A stretch of 64,000 nt of DNA from Gordius albopunctatus (lineage: Eukaryota): NCBI GenBank assembly GCA_964276515.1, contig OZ193910.1:5642001-5706000 (forward strand). The letters are read 5' to 3'. Both the position numbers and the translations under genes were made by a program. Shown here in pieces: positions 1-12,800 of the stretch; position 1 is the first letter of the stretch, and each line of letters opens with the position of its first letter. The notes under the pieces were generated by a model. It did no database searches. It worked only from the letters and a program-made list of their open reading frames with translations, and was not told the origin of the DNA.

Positions 1-1
1 T

Positions 2-2677
2 ACGTCTTGTAGACGAACCTTCGATTACGACTGGGTTTGCATCCCCTTGGTTTATACTCAAGTATACTAAAAGATAACGTTTAATCAATACAACTTCAAT
101 AACTTAGTAAAGTGTGAGAAATGGTTTCGAAATTAATTAAAAATTTTAAAGTGTATTTTAAGTTATTCAATATTTATCGTGATAATTTGAAATCTTTATT
201 TTATTCTACACCACTTTATTTAAGGTTGTCATTATAGCGGTCTACTCCTATTTTCTCACCAATCTCGTAGCCAAGCAATTCGTGAACTTGGATAGTAGCA
301 GAGGTATTGTGGTCCATTCAACCTCAGCTGATACTGAATTCAGTTGGCTCTCATCTACCTTCTTCCTCTTCCAATTCATCTTCTATATGGGCTGGTTAAA
401 AATAGCCGCTACAATTTTTAACCCGTTCGGGGAAGATGATGATGACTTTGAGATAAATTACCTTATCGACCGAAACTTGAGGGTATATAAAATTATCAAT
501 TTAAGAATAAAGTTCTAATATAGATACGAATATATAAGGCGATGGCAAAATTTTAAAATACATTTAATTTTCATTACTTCGAGTTATTATTATACTATAT
601 TTTGCAATGTTCCTTAAGCAGAATTTTATATTTCAAGGTCTCTTAGACCAAAATTTAAATGGGTATCACTATCATTAACACGAATGACAAAATAAGGCCA
701 ATCATTACAATAAATATAGGGAACATTTAATAAACTTATATAAAACATTAAATTCTTAGGTGGGTTATTTGATAGTTGATGAAATGCACAACGAGCACCC
801 CGAATTGATAAAAGATTCGTTTTGGGATCAAAAAGATATCAAGCTTCCATACAACTCAGCATCAGCTGAATCAGAAAAAGAGGCATTCAAAGGATCCGCT
901 GCAAATGTTGTTATTTTGCCTGAGCAAAGTCAATTCTTACCCTTGGTTCCGATACAAGAGGAGACATTAGATATGGAAGAGTTATTAAATCAAGCCAGTG
1001 CTTTACAGAATCCAAGTAAAACTGATTTAAGCAACAAGCGTAGCCTGACTGCAAAACCTCTTCCTATCTTAACCCATAGGTAATACTAAACAACTTATAT
1101 TCTATAAACATATAAAATTATATAAAACTCGGGCCTTCGGCCCTCGTGGGAAGGGGGAGGGGGGAAGGGAAGGGAAGGGGGAACGAAACTCATCTATACT
1201 CCGTATAAAAGTAACATATTTGCTATGAAATTTATGGACGAGAAAGGTGGGAAGGAGCGAGAATGCCTATAGGGTTAGGGGGGGGGTATAAAATGCAAAA
1301 TGATTAGTTAATTATTTATACAAATTTTCCATTTAATTAAATTTTTTTTTGTCCTTTCCGGGTATCGAACCAGCAATTAAGAATTTGCCCTCGCCGGGAT
1401 TCGAACCCACATTAGTAGAGGCATAGACTTTTGTAGGGGGGAGGGCACAGGAATCCATATCAGTAGAGGCATAAGCCCTTCTAGGGGAGGGTATAGGGTA
1501 ATTTATCAATGTTAACCTAATATACTAATTCAAAAACGAAAAAAAAATTTCGAATCACAATTTGGCCAATGGTCATTTTTTTCATTGGTTAGTAGCCAGG
1601 AAAGTTCGAATCCCGGCGAGGGCCAATTTTTTTTAATTAAATGGAAAATTTGTATAAATAATTATTGCATTTAATACCCCCCTAACCTATAGGCATTCTC
1701 GCCCCTTCCCACCTTTCTCGCCCATAAATTGCATAGCAAATACAAATATGCTACTTTTATACGGAGTACAGATGAGTCGTTCACCCTTCCCTCCTGCACC
1801 TCCCTCCCCACTTCCCTTCCCCTCCTCCCCTTCCCACGTTTCGTTCGCTTTTTGGCGCGGGTGAAAATCGTCTGCGGTTTCACTATGAACGCCTCCTATC
1901 TACCAATTGTTATTTTTGTGATATATGATAAATTTCACGATGAATATAAAGATATTAAGAAAAAGAATGAAGAGTTTGATAAATTAGCCCAAAAATTCAC
2001 TTCCCTTTTTTTCGCTTCGCGCGTCATCACGAACGCCCCGCTTCACACTTAAATTAACTATAAAGCATGGTTTCGGGTTATAATATTAAGGGTGACCAAT
2101 TTATAATCCTCTCTTTTTTTGGATAAATTCGATTAAACATGATTTTAAAGCGAGATAGGTGTAAATGCAGTGCTTTATCAAATCGTCTCAGCTTAATGTC
2201 ACTTTTTTAATTAGGAAAAAAAGCGGCGGGGGAGGTTTTGGTTTAAATTCAGTCTTGGGATCCATATCTTCCTTCGGATCAGTTAAAGAAGGTGGAACGG
2301 ATCAGGCCGGGAAACCTAGCATCTTGAAGAAATTAGGTACATCCATGCTAATGAAAGCGTACGAAAATATGAACAAAGGAGCTAAACCAACGGATTCAAG
2401 TAACGTGATTCGAACTGATCCTAACAGCGAAAGGGTAAGTCTTATGGGCGAAGACAAAGACTCACCCAATTTAACTCCAACACAAAAAGCCATTGACAAA
2501 ACGACGGAAAAATTGAAAACTATCCCCGAAAAGCTTTTAAGCAATCAGTCAAGTCCTGTTGGCGCGAAATATGATGATTCGGCATCCACCTCATTTGCGG
2601 CAAACAGGGGCTTAGCTGATGATATATTTGCATTTTCCCTTCACGATAAACCTGAAACATTTGATGAGGTAATCTAA
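2..2677 (+). CDS. BEST: Bestrophin (Ca2+-activated chloride channel family), 3' part; 5' exons lie upstream of the window. Exons: <2-61, 225-482, 760-1079, 2215-2677
   Basis: Spliced translation gives FDYDWVCIPLVYTQ|VVIIAVYSYF...QFIFYMGWLKIAATIFNPFGEDDDDFEINYLIDRNLR|VGYLIVDEMH. These are bestrophin signature motifs, including the acidic Ca2+ clasp. All junctions are GT-AG and phase-compatible, and the C-terminal tail is low-complexity. Confidence 0.95.
1125..1840. mobile_element. Two DINE-1/HINE-like (Helentron-type non-autonomous) segments in inverted orientation within a bestrophin intron
   Basis: 1125-1600 is the reverse complement of the family 3' part: hairpin GGGCCTTCGGCCC next to an A run, and subterminal TTGCTATGAAATTTATGG. 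~1603-1840 is the same region in + orientation (CCCATAAATTGCATAGCAA). Both match 53706-54223. Confidence 0.75.
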
Positions 2678-3826
2678 TTTGAAATGCCATTGCGTAACAG
2701 TTCAATTTTTACAATTTCTTCGTTATTGAAGCCACCTCATTATGAATCTTACATTTTTTACAATTAAAGCTTCTTTTTATTTAATATACATTAGATTTCT
2801 TTCATTAAATTCTCACTTATCAATTTTCAAATTAAATAGAATTTTATAAAGTAACGATTTTAGGTAAGATATAATAGTGAATAGTTTTCAAACAGTAAAT
2901 TAAACTTTTTGCCTGCCTACAACGTTAACAGCATAATTAAAACTTAAAAATTCAATCAAACCCGTTTATTATAACATTTTATTTATATACCACCCCTAAA
3001 CCCTCTCCCCCCCCACCATCATTTACTTAAAATCTTATTTATGGTTTAAAATATCTCTAACAATAACTGAACTCTAGAATAGAATATGTACTACTAGGCC
3101 TGAAAATACACGGATCTAACAAAAACAAATGATAATTTTTAAAGGTTGTTTAATGTTTTAGGGCTAAAAATTCATGTATCTTAATAAAAAAAGAATAAGC
3201 GTGAGCTAAGATATTCGTAGAGTAAAGGATACCGATCTAGTTTTAAAGGGACAAAGGAATTGATATTTATACTTATCCAATTTTATGTCAATATTATTAA
3301 AAAAATTTAAACATATCTTATAATTTAGAATATGAGGAGTTTGAATAACGATCCTAGTTTAGCCTCTAAAAGGAAGAAAGTATCTGATGATTTCTCCGAA
3401 AATGCTTTATAATTGTAGTTATAATAATGCTTAAAATGATTATTTTATACGATTTAAACCGATACATGTAAATTATATTTATGAATTCAATGAATGAGCA
3501 ATCCTTACACGTATGTTTTGATAAAATATGATTTTAAAAAGACAATTTTAAATACGAATAAAATAATGAGTTACAATATATATGTGAGGGGTCTAGAAAG
3601 TCTCTTCGGTAAGACAAAAATGCGTAAAAGGCGCGGTCACATTAGAAATAATTAGTATAACATTTATAGAATCAAAAATGATTAAAAACAAAGCAGATAT
3701 TTTAGGACGATTCCAATGAGAAAACAGTATTGTGCAAGGAAAAAACGTAATATATTAGTCGAATAAATAATTTTTGCATATATTAATATGATAAGGAGCT
3801 GGGAGGGTGGAAAAGAGTATGTTATT

Positions 3827-6800
3827 TTAATATGACATCGGGGGTTGCTTCCATTTATCAAGCGCGCGTTTCCTCGCTTCTGGAACAAATTGGTGTTTAA
3901 CACCTCCTAGTAGTGTAGACGTAGCTTGAGCCGTCGCTACTATCGGCTTGACCAAAGTACAAGGGAAATTTCGAATGACGCTACCCATAGCCCCGACGAG
4001 GCCTTTATTTCTGTGTTCCAAAGTAGCTTCTTTGATTAAATCGTAAGCCGTTTCACCGAAGCCCTAATAAATAGTGGTGTTGTTAACGATTCAAAGTTAT
4101 TTGTGTTAAAGTCTTTGAATTCAAACTTTTTAGGCAATCCAAGGTTTTACTGAGAAAAGATTGTTGTCGTCTTGAGTAACACTGAAATTCTTCAATTAAT
4201 TAATAAATCATTAAGGAAGACGCGACCTTTAGCCTAAGTACAAAGTATCATTGCATAAAAGGTATAGTTTAAAATGTTTTTAGTCAACTTTTATGGGTAA
4301 AACGGCATTATTTGTTGGGCGGACAACAATCTATTGTTCGAGAATATATTTTAATTTTTTGGGTAAAAAAAATGTATAATAAATTTATTCTAATAAAAAT
4401 GTACTTCTTTAACGAGGTGATAAGCTGACGCCACACCCTCCCTAATGTCGAATGGTCGGGTTGGTTTGGAGGAGAGGTCTTGCTTGTTGCATATCTTTTC
4501 GTAATCCGGTGATACCATTATGTATGTCGTTTCAGCCGCAGCCTAAAAAAATATATATGAAAAATTATACCAAATTAAAGTTTACATACCGTTTTCATAT
4601 TTTAAATCTGTTTTTAAAATGTTTATAACTTGAAATAATAAAGCAAAATATACAATTTCAAATCCCCAACTTTCATTTTTAACAATATCATAACATTTAT
4701 TAACCACGTCATACAAAAATATTAATTATTTACGCCTCACCAACAGATTAGGGTTTGAATTACCTTTAAAAAATCGACAAATTTGTATGATAACTCCAGG
4801 GTGGATACGGCGGAAAGGGAGGTAAATGACGAAGCTCCACGTTTTAAGCCCTTTATTATCCTTCGGTCTTTCTTATATTGTTCAATTGGTAGGTAAACCA
4901 AATCTTTTATCCCCTGAGCTATATGAATAAACAATAATAGCGCCATGTCATAACTAGAAATATGTTTTATTTCAATCTAAATACGGCTATTTGAAACTAA
5001 ATCAAATCACTTGTTTTTTGTTTTAGTATTTTTTTACATTTGTGTATTGTGTTTAAAATAAAATTTTAAACTTTATAAATATCTATATTTCATAAAAGTA
5101 GACCTAATTGCACAAAGGAGTGCATAGGTCCAATGCCGCTTAAGATCCCCTGCAATTGGTTGTTCTTTATGTCAGTTATCCATTCTTTGAGAGCGTAATT
5201 AATGACTTTATCGATCCCCAAAATTCTATTAGGAATTATAAATACATGTAAAAAATTGTTGAGCAAAAATATTCACGGGCGTACGTAGCCAGCAATGTAA
5301 TTAGAGGGGGCAATAATGATTTAGGGAGGGGGGCAGCTGGCTCCCCCTGGCTACGCCTATGAAAATAGGTAATATAATTACCCCGATCTAATGGACAATT
5401 TCTTGAGTCTAATTTCGGAACAATCCAATTGTGCCAAAGCCATCAAAAGTCCGATAAGGGTGCCCTAAAAACGGTAACCAATAACTTTATATTGCAATTT
5501 ATAATTTACCTGACCGGCATCAAAATACTTTCCATGATAATCAAGCTTGATCGGTACTTCTGGAGAAAATATTACAGGCCTATTGATTAAAAACAATTGA
5601 AAAAATTAGATTGTGCGCGAAATTCACATTTGATTTTAATTTTTTAAATGTTTGTTTTATAAATGCTATAGCAATTTTATTGATATACATGAGGAATTAT
5701 TTAAAAACATTTGCTTTCAAAAAAAAGTAGACCGCTTTCAGATTAAATTTCATACTAAAAACAACTAATGAATAATAAACCTAAAAAATATGGGTGATTG
5801 ACTGGAGTCAGGGGTATCGGTGCTTAATGTTCGGTTAGATTTTTCCGATAATTTATGCGGGGAACAGAGAATCTTTTCTTTTTTAGATTCCGATTTCAGA
5901 GCCTCGTACTGAGCATCAGAGACATCCCCCTGATATACTTTCATAATTGGTGACGAAGGAACGGGAGAAGTACCACTCGTGGCGATTCTGTGAGACAAAC
6001 TGAGGTTTGGGGAATTTGTGACAGAACCTTACGAGCCGTGCATTCATAATGTATATTTATAATTCCAAATCCAATGGCGTATTTTAAACAATAAAAATAA
6101 GAATTTAAAACAGTTTATAAGACCATTTAATATATATGATATAGCTTACTGTCCATTACTCCTTCCATCTCGGCAGACGACGTAACTTTTTGGAAAAAAT
6201 CGCGCAAAAACATCAAGGCCTCCTAGAAATTGAGGTGAGATAAAAAAAACAGGATGAATAAACCGTTTACACAAAATAATGTTGAATTTTGTTCGAAAAA
6301 CATGATTGTATCAATGTTACAAAATGATTTATGCCCTATTTATAACGATTCTTGAACCAAATTTAAAAAATAAGGCTAAATTATTGAAGGCTTTTAAGGG
6401 TTGTTAGGAATAGAAATGTGAGTTTAACTTCAAGAGTACTTTTAAATATTCAATTGCGTCAGAGCTTGCAAAGTGCTTATAACTATATGTGATATAAATT
6501 CCTATAAAATAAACCTGATCCATATTCAAACGTATTGGCTGAAGTGAAACTTTTAAAATGCATTCCTCTTGCGACTGAATATCAACGTCAGGTTTGTAAT
6601 GGAGAGCTTTGATAAGTAGCTAATAAATAGAATAAAGGTTAGAACAAATAAAGGTTATAGGGAAATATCAGTATTGTCGCTACTATTGACTTGAAAATGG
6701 CAAACATCCACTTAATCTTTATAATAACGCCAATATTCAACATAAAAGTTTACAAATCTGGGCAGCCATGTACGGGAGATATAATGTAAGTGTTAATTTA

Positions 6801-9800
6801 TTTTGGCCCTTTTAACACTCAATATTTTTATCCGCGTTTTATTCTCTGGTTCATTCGGTAAACAAGCCATGATTTTTTAACAAATTGGAAGACGTTCTCC
6901 TAAATTTAGATATTCCACGTCCTTTAAAATCAGACAATAACTTGGGATTAGGGTGCGCTATAACTTTAAAGCACATGTCGAATCCGTTTAAGATGATAAT
7001 GATTTAGATCTAAATATATAAGTAACTTCCGCTTCTATCAAAAAACCCTAAAAATATTCAATCTTTCATTTTAGCTGAGCTCGCGTCGACAAATTCGTGT
7101 AAGGTTAAATAATGGTTACACCAGTGGATGCTTAATTACATTCGCTAGCATGACACATTCAAAGTAGTCGCTTCAGTCATTTCGCCAGCTCTAAAATACA
7201 TTTTACAACATCACTTGTTTTGAAAAGAGCATTATAAAATCAGGCACAACCATGCTAACAAGCCTGGACCAAGGATGGCTTTCATTATATCTCGATTATA
7301 TCATATTACATTTATAGAGTTTGAATGGTAAAATCATATATTAGCACATTGTCATATAAAGTGAAAGTTACAGAATCGCATGTAATCTGCCTTCATTATA
7401 AAGAATATTCAAGGGAGTAAGATTGGAAAAAAATGGCGAATAATCTGCAAAAAATTAGAAGGGTATTTTTAATCTTACCCATCGTAATTAATTCCACCAA
7501 TTTCTAGGTAATCCCCATTTTCTATGGTGCTCTTATGAACTTATAAAAAGATTAGACGGGGTTTAACGAGCGAAAGTCAAGAGTTTTTATTCAGCGTCTG
7601 GAAGGATTTTTATGAGTTTATAGTCCAATTACTGAAACAAAAAAGTATATTTTATATAATAAGCCTACTCCTACCACATGTCTATGGAGGTGTGTAAAGG
7701 TACTTAAACATTATAAGGCATCCAAATACAGTAGCTCAAAGTCATTAAATAAGGAAAAAATGTATTTATTATCTATCTTATAATTTACTAGTATAAAAGT
7801 CGATTATAAATAAGTAAATCCATCCTATTTATTTACTACTGCCACCTGACAATATTTAATACGTGGAAGTATATAAGAAAACTTTAAAAAAGGTTTTGTA
7901 TATAATTAAGGTATTTACTATGCATATTTTTTGTTATACAGCTTACTGTACTTATAAATTCGTTTAGTAAACAAGGGCAAATATCCAGCATATAGAGTGC
8001 TTAATGCTTCACAATAATAGACGTCTAATAAATCAAGTTAAAGAAATAAACCAACGAATGTTTTAAATAAAATTTAGCTAGTGGTAAATCAGATGCAAAA
8101 TGCATTTAAATTAGACAACATCTCTAAAATTAATTGCCTAAAAATTAGAGGTTCAAAAAGCTTGAAAGCTTTAGTGTAAAATAACCACTAACCATGGGTG
8201 AGTTCGATTTTTTCGGACTTGCCTCCGACGTGTAAGGGTACAAAAATTTGTTTAGACGCGAAGATGTTAGCTTATCCAAAATTTGAATTTCTTGTATTGT
8301 CAAAACTTGCCTCGATACTTGGGCCGAATCGGGTGGGTAAGCTTCATGCTGGAAACGTATCTAAATCACAACAACAATAAGAAACGATGACTATTTATAT
8401 TTCTCCAACTAACATTTATCGATTTAAATATAAATTTTAGAGATACCCTATTAAAAATAAAAATTTTATGGAACATTGATTATTCATATTTCATAATAAG
8501 TTGGAATAAAATTCAACAAAAAAGTAGATTAGTTTTTGTTATATTAGATTTTGAAGGAAAATTTAGATAATTATGACATGTAGATATGATCTATTCCTTA
8601 TTATTTCATAGCCCACTTAGCATCAACTCAAAGCCACTGGAAAAATCAATATTTATACATTTAAGATTAAATAAATTGTAAAATCAAGTTGAAAAATTAT
8701 ATGTTGTCCTATTTAAAACGTCATAGCTATAATATTATAATAACTAAAGAGTCACCTAAGAATTTAACAATTTATAAATTTAACACTCAGAGGCATGCTA
8801 ATATAAAATGACTTTAGTATGCCAGCTAGCGAGTACTTTGTGAAAGATAGCATTCATATACCCCCTTTAAAATGTATTTTTGCTGTCTGAATAAAATATA
8901 AAACTTTAAGTTTGTTTTGAACAATGGTAATCTGGGATTGATAAAATGAGAGGGTGGAAATGGGTTTAGATATTTCGGTCGTCCAGCAACCATTGTCAAT
9001 AATTAAAAAAAACGCGCGAGGGCGAGCAGCTACTTTGGGAACCAAATAAGTTTATTTATTTGTAGCAGCAAGCATAGCAATATTTCCCTTATAAAAATAT
9101 CGCGCGTCTATTAAACAAATTTCAATCACTTCAGCGGTTATGCGGTTTTAATAAGGTTCCAATGTAGTTCTTTTAAAAGAAAAAGTAAACATAACGACAC
9201 CTAAATTTCTTAAAGTAATATTGTATTACTTTATTCAAATGTATTTGCATAAGAACATCTTGGTTGCGACGCCTTCTTCGCTCTTTGTGTGCCTTGAAAA
9301 ATGTGCCCTGATTGCTTGAGCGTGGGGTGCGAGGTGAGGGTGTATTACCGACATCTATCCCACGAAAAGGCAAAAAATATTGAATAATTTTATAGTAATG
9401 ACAGCATAAATTCTATTTTAACATGAGATATCCGATCCCATAAGAGCTATAAGCTTATAAAAATAATATTGCATAAAAAGGTTTATTTACAACAAATTAT
9501 TGAGCTATAATTTCTTAATAATCTTCAATTTTTTAGAAATATTATTGTTGTGGACAAATATCAAATTTTCAATATTGAAGCTATCAACAAAAATATTGAC
9601 CTTTCTCCCATTTGAAAATGATTGTGCATCACCGGGAGTAGACAAATAGGTTAAACTAAACAACCAACCAAAATTTTCGGAAATCATCCATTCCTAATTT
9701 TAAATGATTATTTTCCACCGCCACCACCACCTTAAAATAGATGGTACATCAAGATCCCAAATATATAGTGAACGATGAACTTGACATTATAAAAAGAGCG

Positions 9801-12800
9801 CGTTACAAAACTCATATTTTTAAGATACCCATAGCGGATTTTCCCGAGTTGTGTCGAGTATGGCTTTCTTCGTCAAAATCGTGGCCGCCGTAGAGTTCCC
9901 ACACGAGAGTTATGTCGTTTAGTAGATATTTAGCGAGGGGTGTGGGAAATGTTTCGGGCGCCTTGAGTTGGTCGTATTTCGAAAATTCGGGCACGCCAAA
10001 GTAATTGTCAACGAGGGGAGGTACCGGTTGGTCCGGGGTCAGGTTGCAAACCAACTTTGTCTCCGGTTTGTGAATTATGTGCTAAAAATAAGAGCACGGT
10101 AAAATTTCCAAAATACCAATAATACAACGCGTACCGCCGAGTTGAGATTTGGGTTAAAGAAGTGGAGGAAAAACTTATATTTTGTTTCTTATATTATTAT
10201 CCAAGAGTTAAGAGATAGCTTTATTGTTGTACAATACTTCGCATGAAGGATACAAAGTTTTTTAACGTAAAGAGATTTCTTCTCTATCAATTTTAATAAA
10301 ACCAATGCTATGAAGAATTACAGTTTGCATAATGCTCACACGATGGCACATGCTAAATTATATTGTATTATTTAGGATTGGTTTAATAAATAGCTTATTT
10401 CGCTTAACTTATTTATAAATCAAAACCAAGGCTTTCTTAATAATAACAACGATAAAACAGCTTTAGCTCATAATCTCCCCAAACTTAGGCTAAAAACCGA
10501 CCTCTCGTTTGTTGGTATTTTCAATGAATGCGTAATCGTCCGACCCATTGGATGGTGGAGTGCCGGATTTATTGGTAAATGTAGCTTTGCCTTCGCGTGT
10601 ATTCAAGTCGATAGAATCTCTGAAAACGCTAGGGGAGGCGGATGCATTTATGGGGTCAGATTTGACCCCTTTTTTCGTTTTGACTCCAGTGGTTAGTTTG
10701 GGTTCGCTTTGCAATATTTTTGAACTTCGATTTATGTAGGATGAGTTCAAACCGGTACTAGTAAAACTGTGGCAAGAATCCAAGTTACTACTCGTTACGG
10801 ATGTATTTTGCTGACTGCTAGACGCCTTATTTCTCCCATTTTTGTTAAACTTTACCTTGTTATTATTTGCGACAATTTTAGTTTCGTTGGGCGAAATAAT
10901 TTTAGCAGTAGATTGAACGCGACTAGATGCTTTGCCGTTGGACGGTCCTTGCTGATCATCGTCATCGTCCATGGCATCAGCCATGAGAAGTGACAGCTTA
11001 AAGATAGCGGGAAGTTCTTCTTTATCACCCTTACTCGTTTTCAGTGATGCCAGCCCCTGATTTATTATCACACATATATGAAATAACATTAAAGGATTGT
11101 TACTTATGGACAGGGTAATAAGACTGTAATAAACAGATTCTCATAAAAAATCTATTTATATTTTTAAATTACAAGAAAACGCCTTTATAAGGTTAAGACC
11201 TCTGTTTAAAAGTATAAAATGTATTGCAGAGATATTGATAGCCTAACTTCAAAATTAAGCTTACAGATATGTCAATTTTTAACGAGAAATAATATAAATC
11301 TTAATTTAAAGATGCACAAAATACAAACTGAGAATCCGTACCTTGCCTCAGTTGAAATACTATGTAAGGTTTGGCGAGGAAAGACATAAGGGGTATAAAT
11401 TGTAAATAAAAATAGATTAAATTACGGAGGGAAAGTTGGAGTCGTATGTCGTCTCACACCCATGCGAAGGGAGAGGCAAAGAGGGTTTGGATGATGCTTT
11501 GGGCTCATTTTCCTTGTTATTCTCGCCTGTCATGGTCGTAGTGGCTGCAGATGGTCCTTCTATCAGGTCCCCTTCCAATGCGTAGTAAGTGAGTACATTT
11601 TGCAACGCGATGCAACTGTCACAACATGTGGAGATGACCAGGGCGTCGTTAATTGCTTTAAACTCCATCTGAGGTTCAGTTGAGGATCCTTTAAAACAAT
11701 CTTCATTCTGTGGTAGGGGTGACAAAATTGTTAAGAGAAACGATTAAGGTGCCAATTTGAATCAAACTCTAGTCAAGCTTACATTTTTCCATTTATCCTA
11801 ATTCCTTATAAAGCGTTAGTTGTTATCTTATCTTAGCCATGATTTTATCGACAAAATTTATATTTGACTCAAATCATTATTAATTACGATTATGTATGGA
11901 TTAAATTTTTAATAGGTTTTAAGCGAAATTAGTATAAAAAGTTCTCATCGTTCGCGACACCTAGCTCAATGTAAAATAAATTAACCTGAGGGGAATCCGG
12001 GTGAGATTTTGCGTTTAAGTAATTTCGCTTGATAACCACCTCAAACAATCCGACGCTAACGACCTTGACGTAATCTAAAATGCGGTAAGCCAAGTAGAGC
12101 TATGCTGAAAACTTGAACTTTTCAGAACGATCATCAAAAAATCACCAATTTTAGACCAACAAAAACGTACATTTTATAAAATAGTATCAATATCATAATA
12201 AATAACTTTAAAAGCTGATAACCATTCCCTCATTTTAGATATGATGCCCTAAAAAACCCGAAAAGCATGGAATATAATAGGCTAATAGAAAAATTTTATA
12301 TAACGTCATTTATTGCATTATTATAAAGATGTTCAAAAATCTAAGAAATTCTCTTAAAGTAAGTTGTGAATTAAAAATACCCCTCTTTAAATCGGCGTAG
12401 GTGTAGCTGTCAATTTTGTTGGATAGGTGAACTGATGAATCCTCTATGAGTAACCTGATTAAAAAATTATATATATATATAAATGAGTAATATATAAAAA
12501 TTTTATTACTTCAATTCGGAAGAACGTGGCATATCGAATGCTAGGTTAGAAAAGCACATTGATGAGATGTCGATGTAAATTTTGAAGGGCAAATACAATG
12601 GCCTGCGAAATTGCATTAATAAAATTATCACATTTTTTTGTTTGGCTATATATATATATATATTTATTATTAACGTTTCTATAGCCTATATGTTAAAAAT
12701 GTTTAGACTCAGGGTTCCTAACAATGTATACTATAATGCTAATCATAGTGCCATTCTCATTCATGAATAAGATTACTCCATAACAAGGTGTATGTATAAT

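Noticed and set aside
1671..2052. ORFs of 70 and 107 aa in the bestrophin intron
   Set aside because: They overlap HINE repeat sequence and show no protein-family features.
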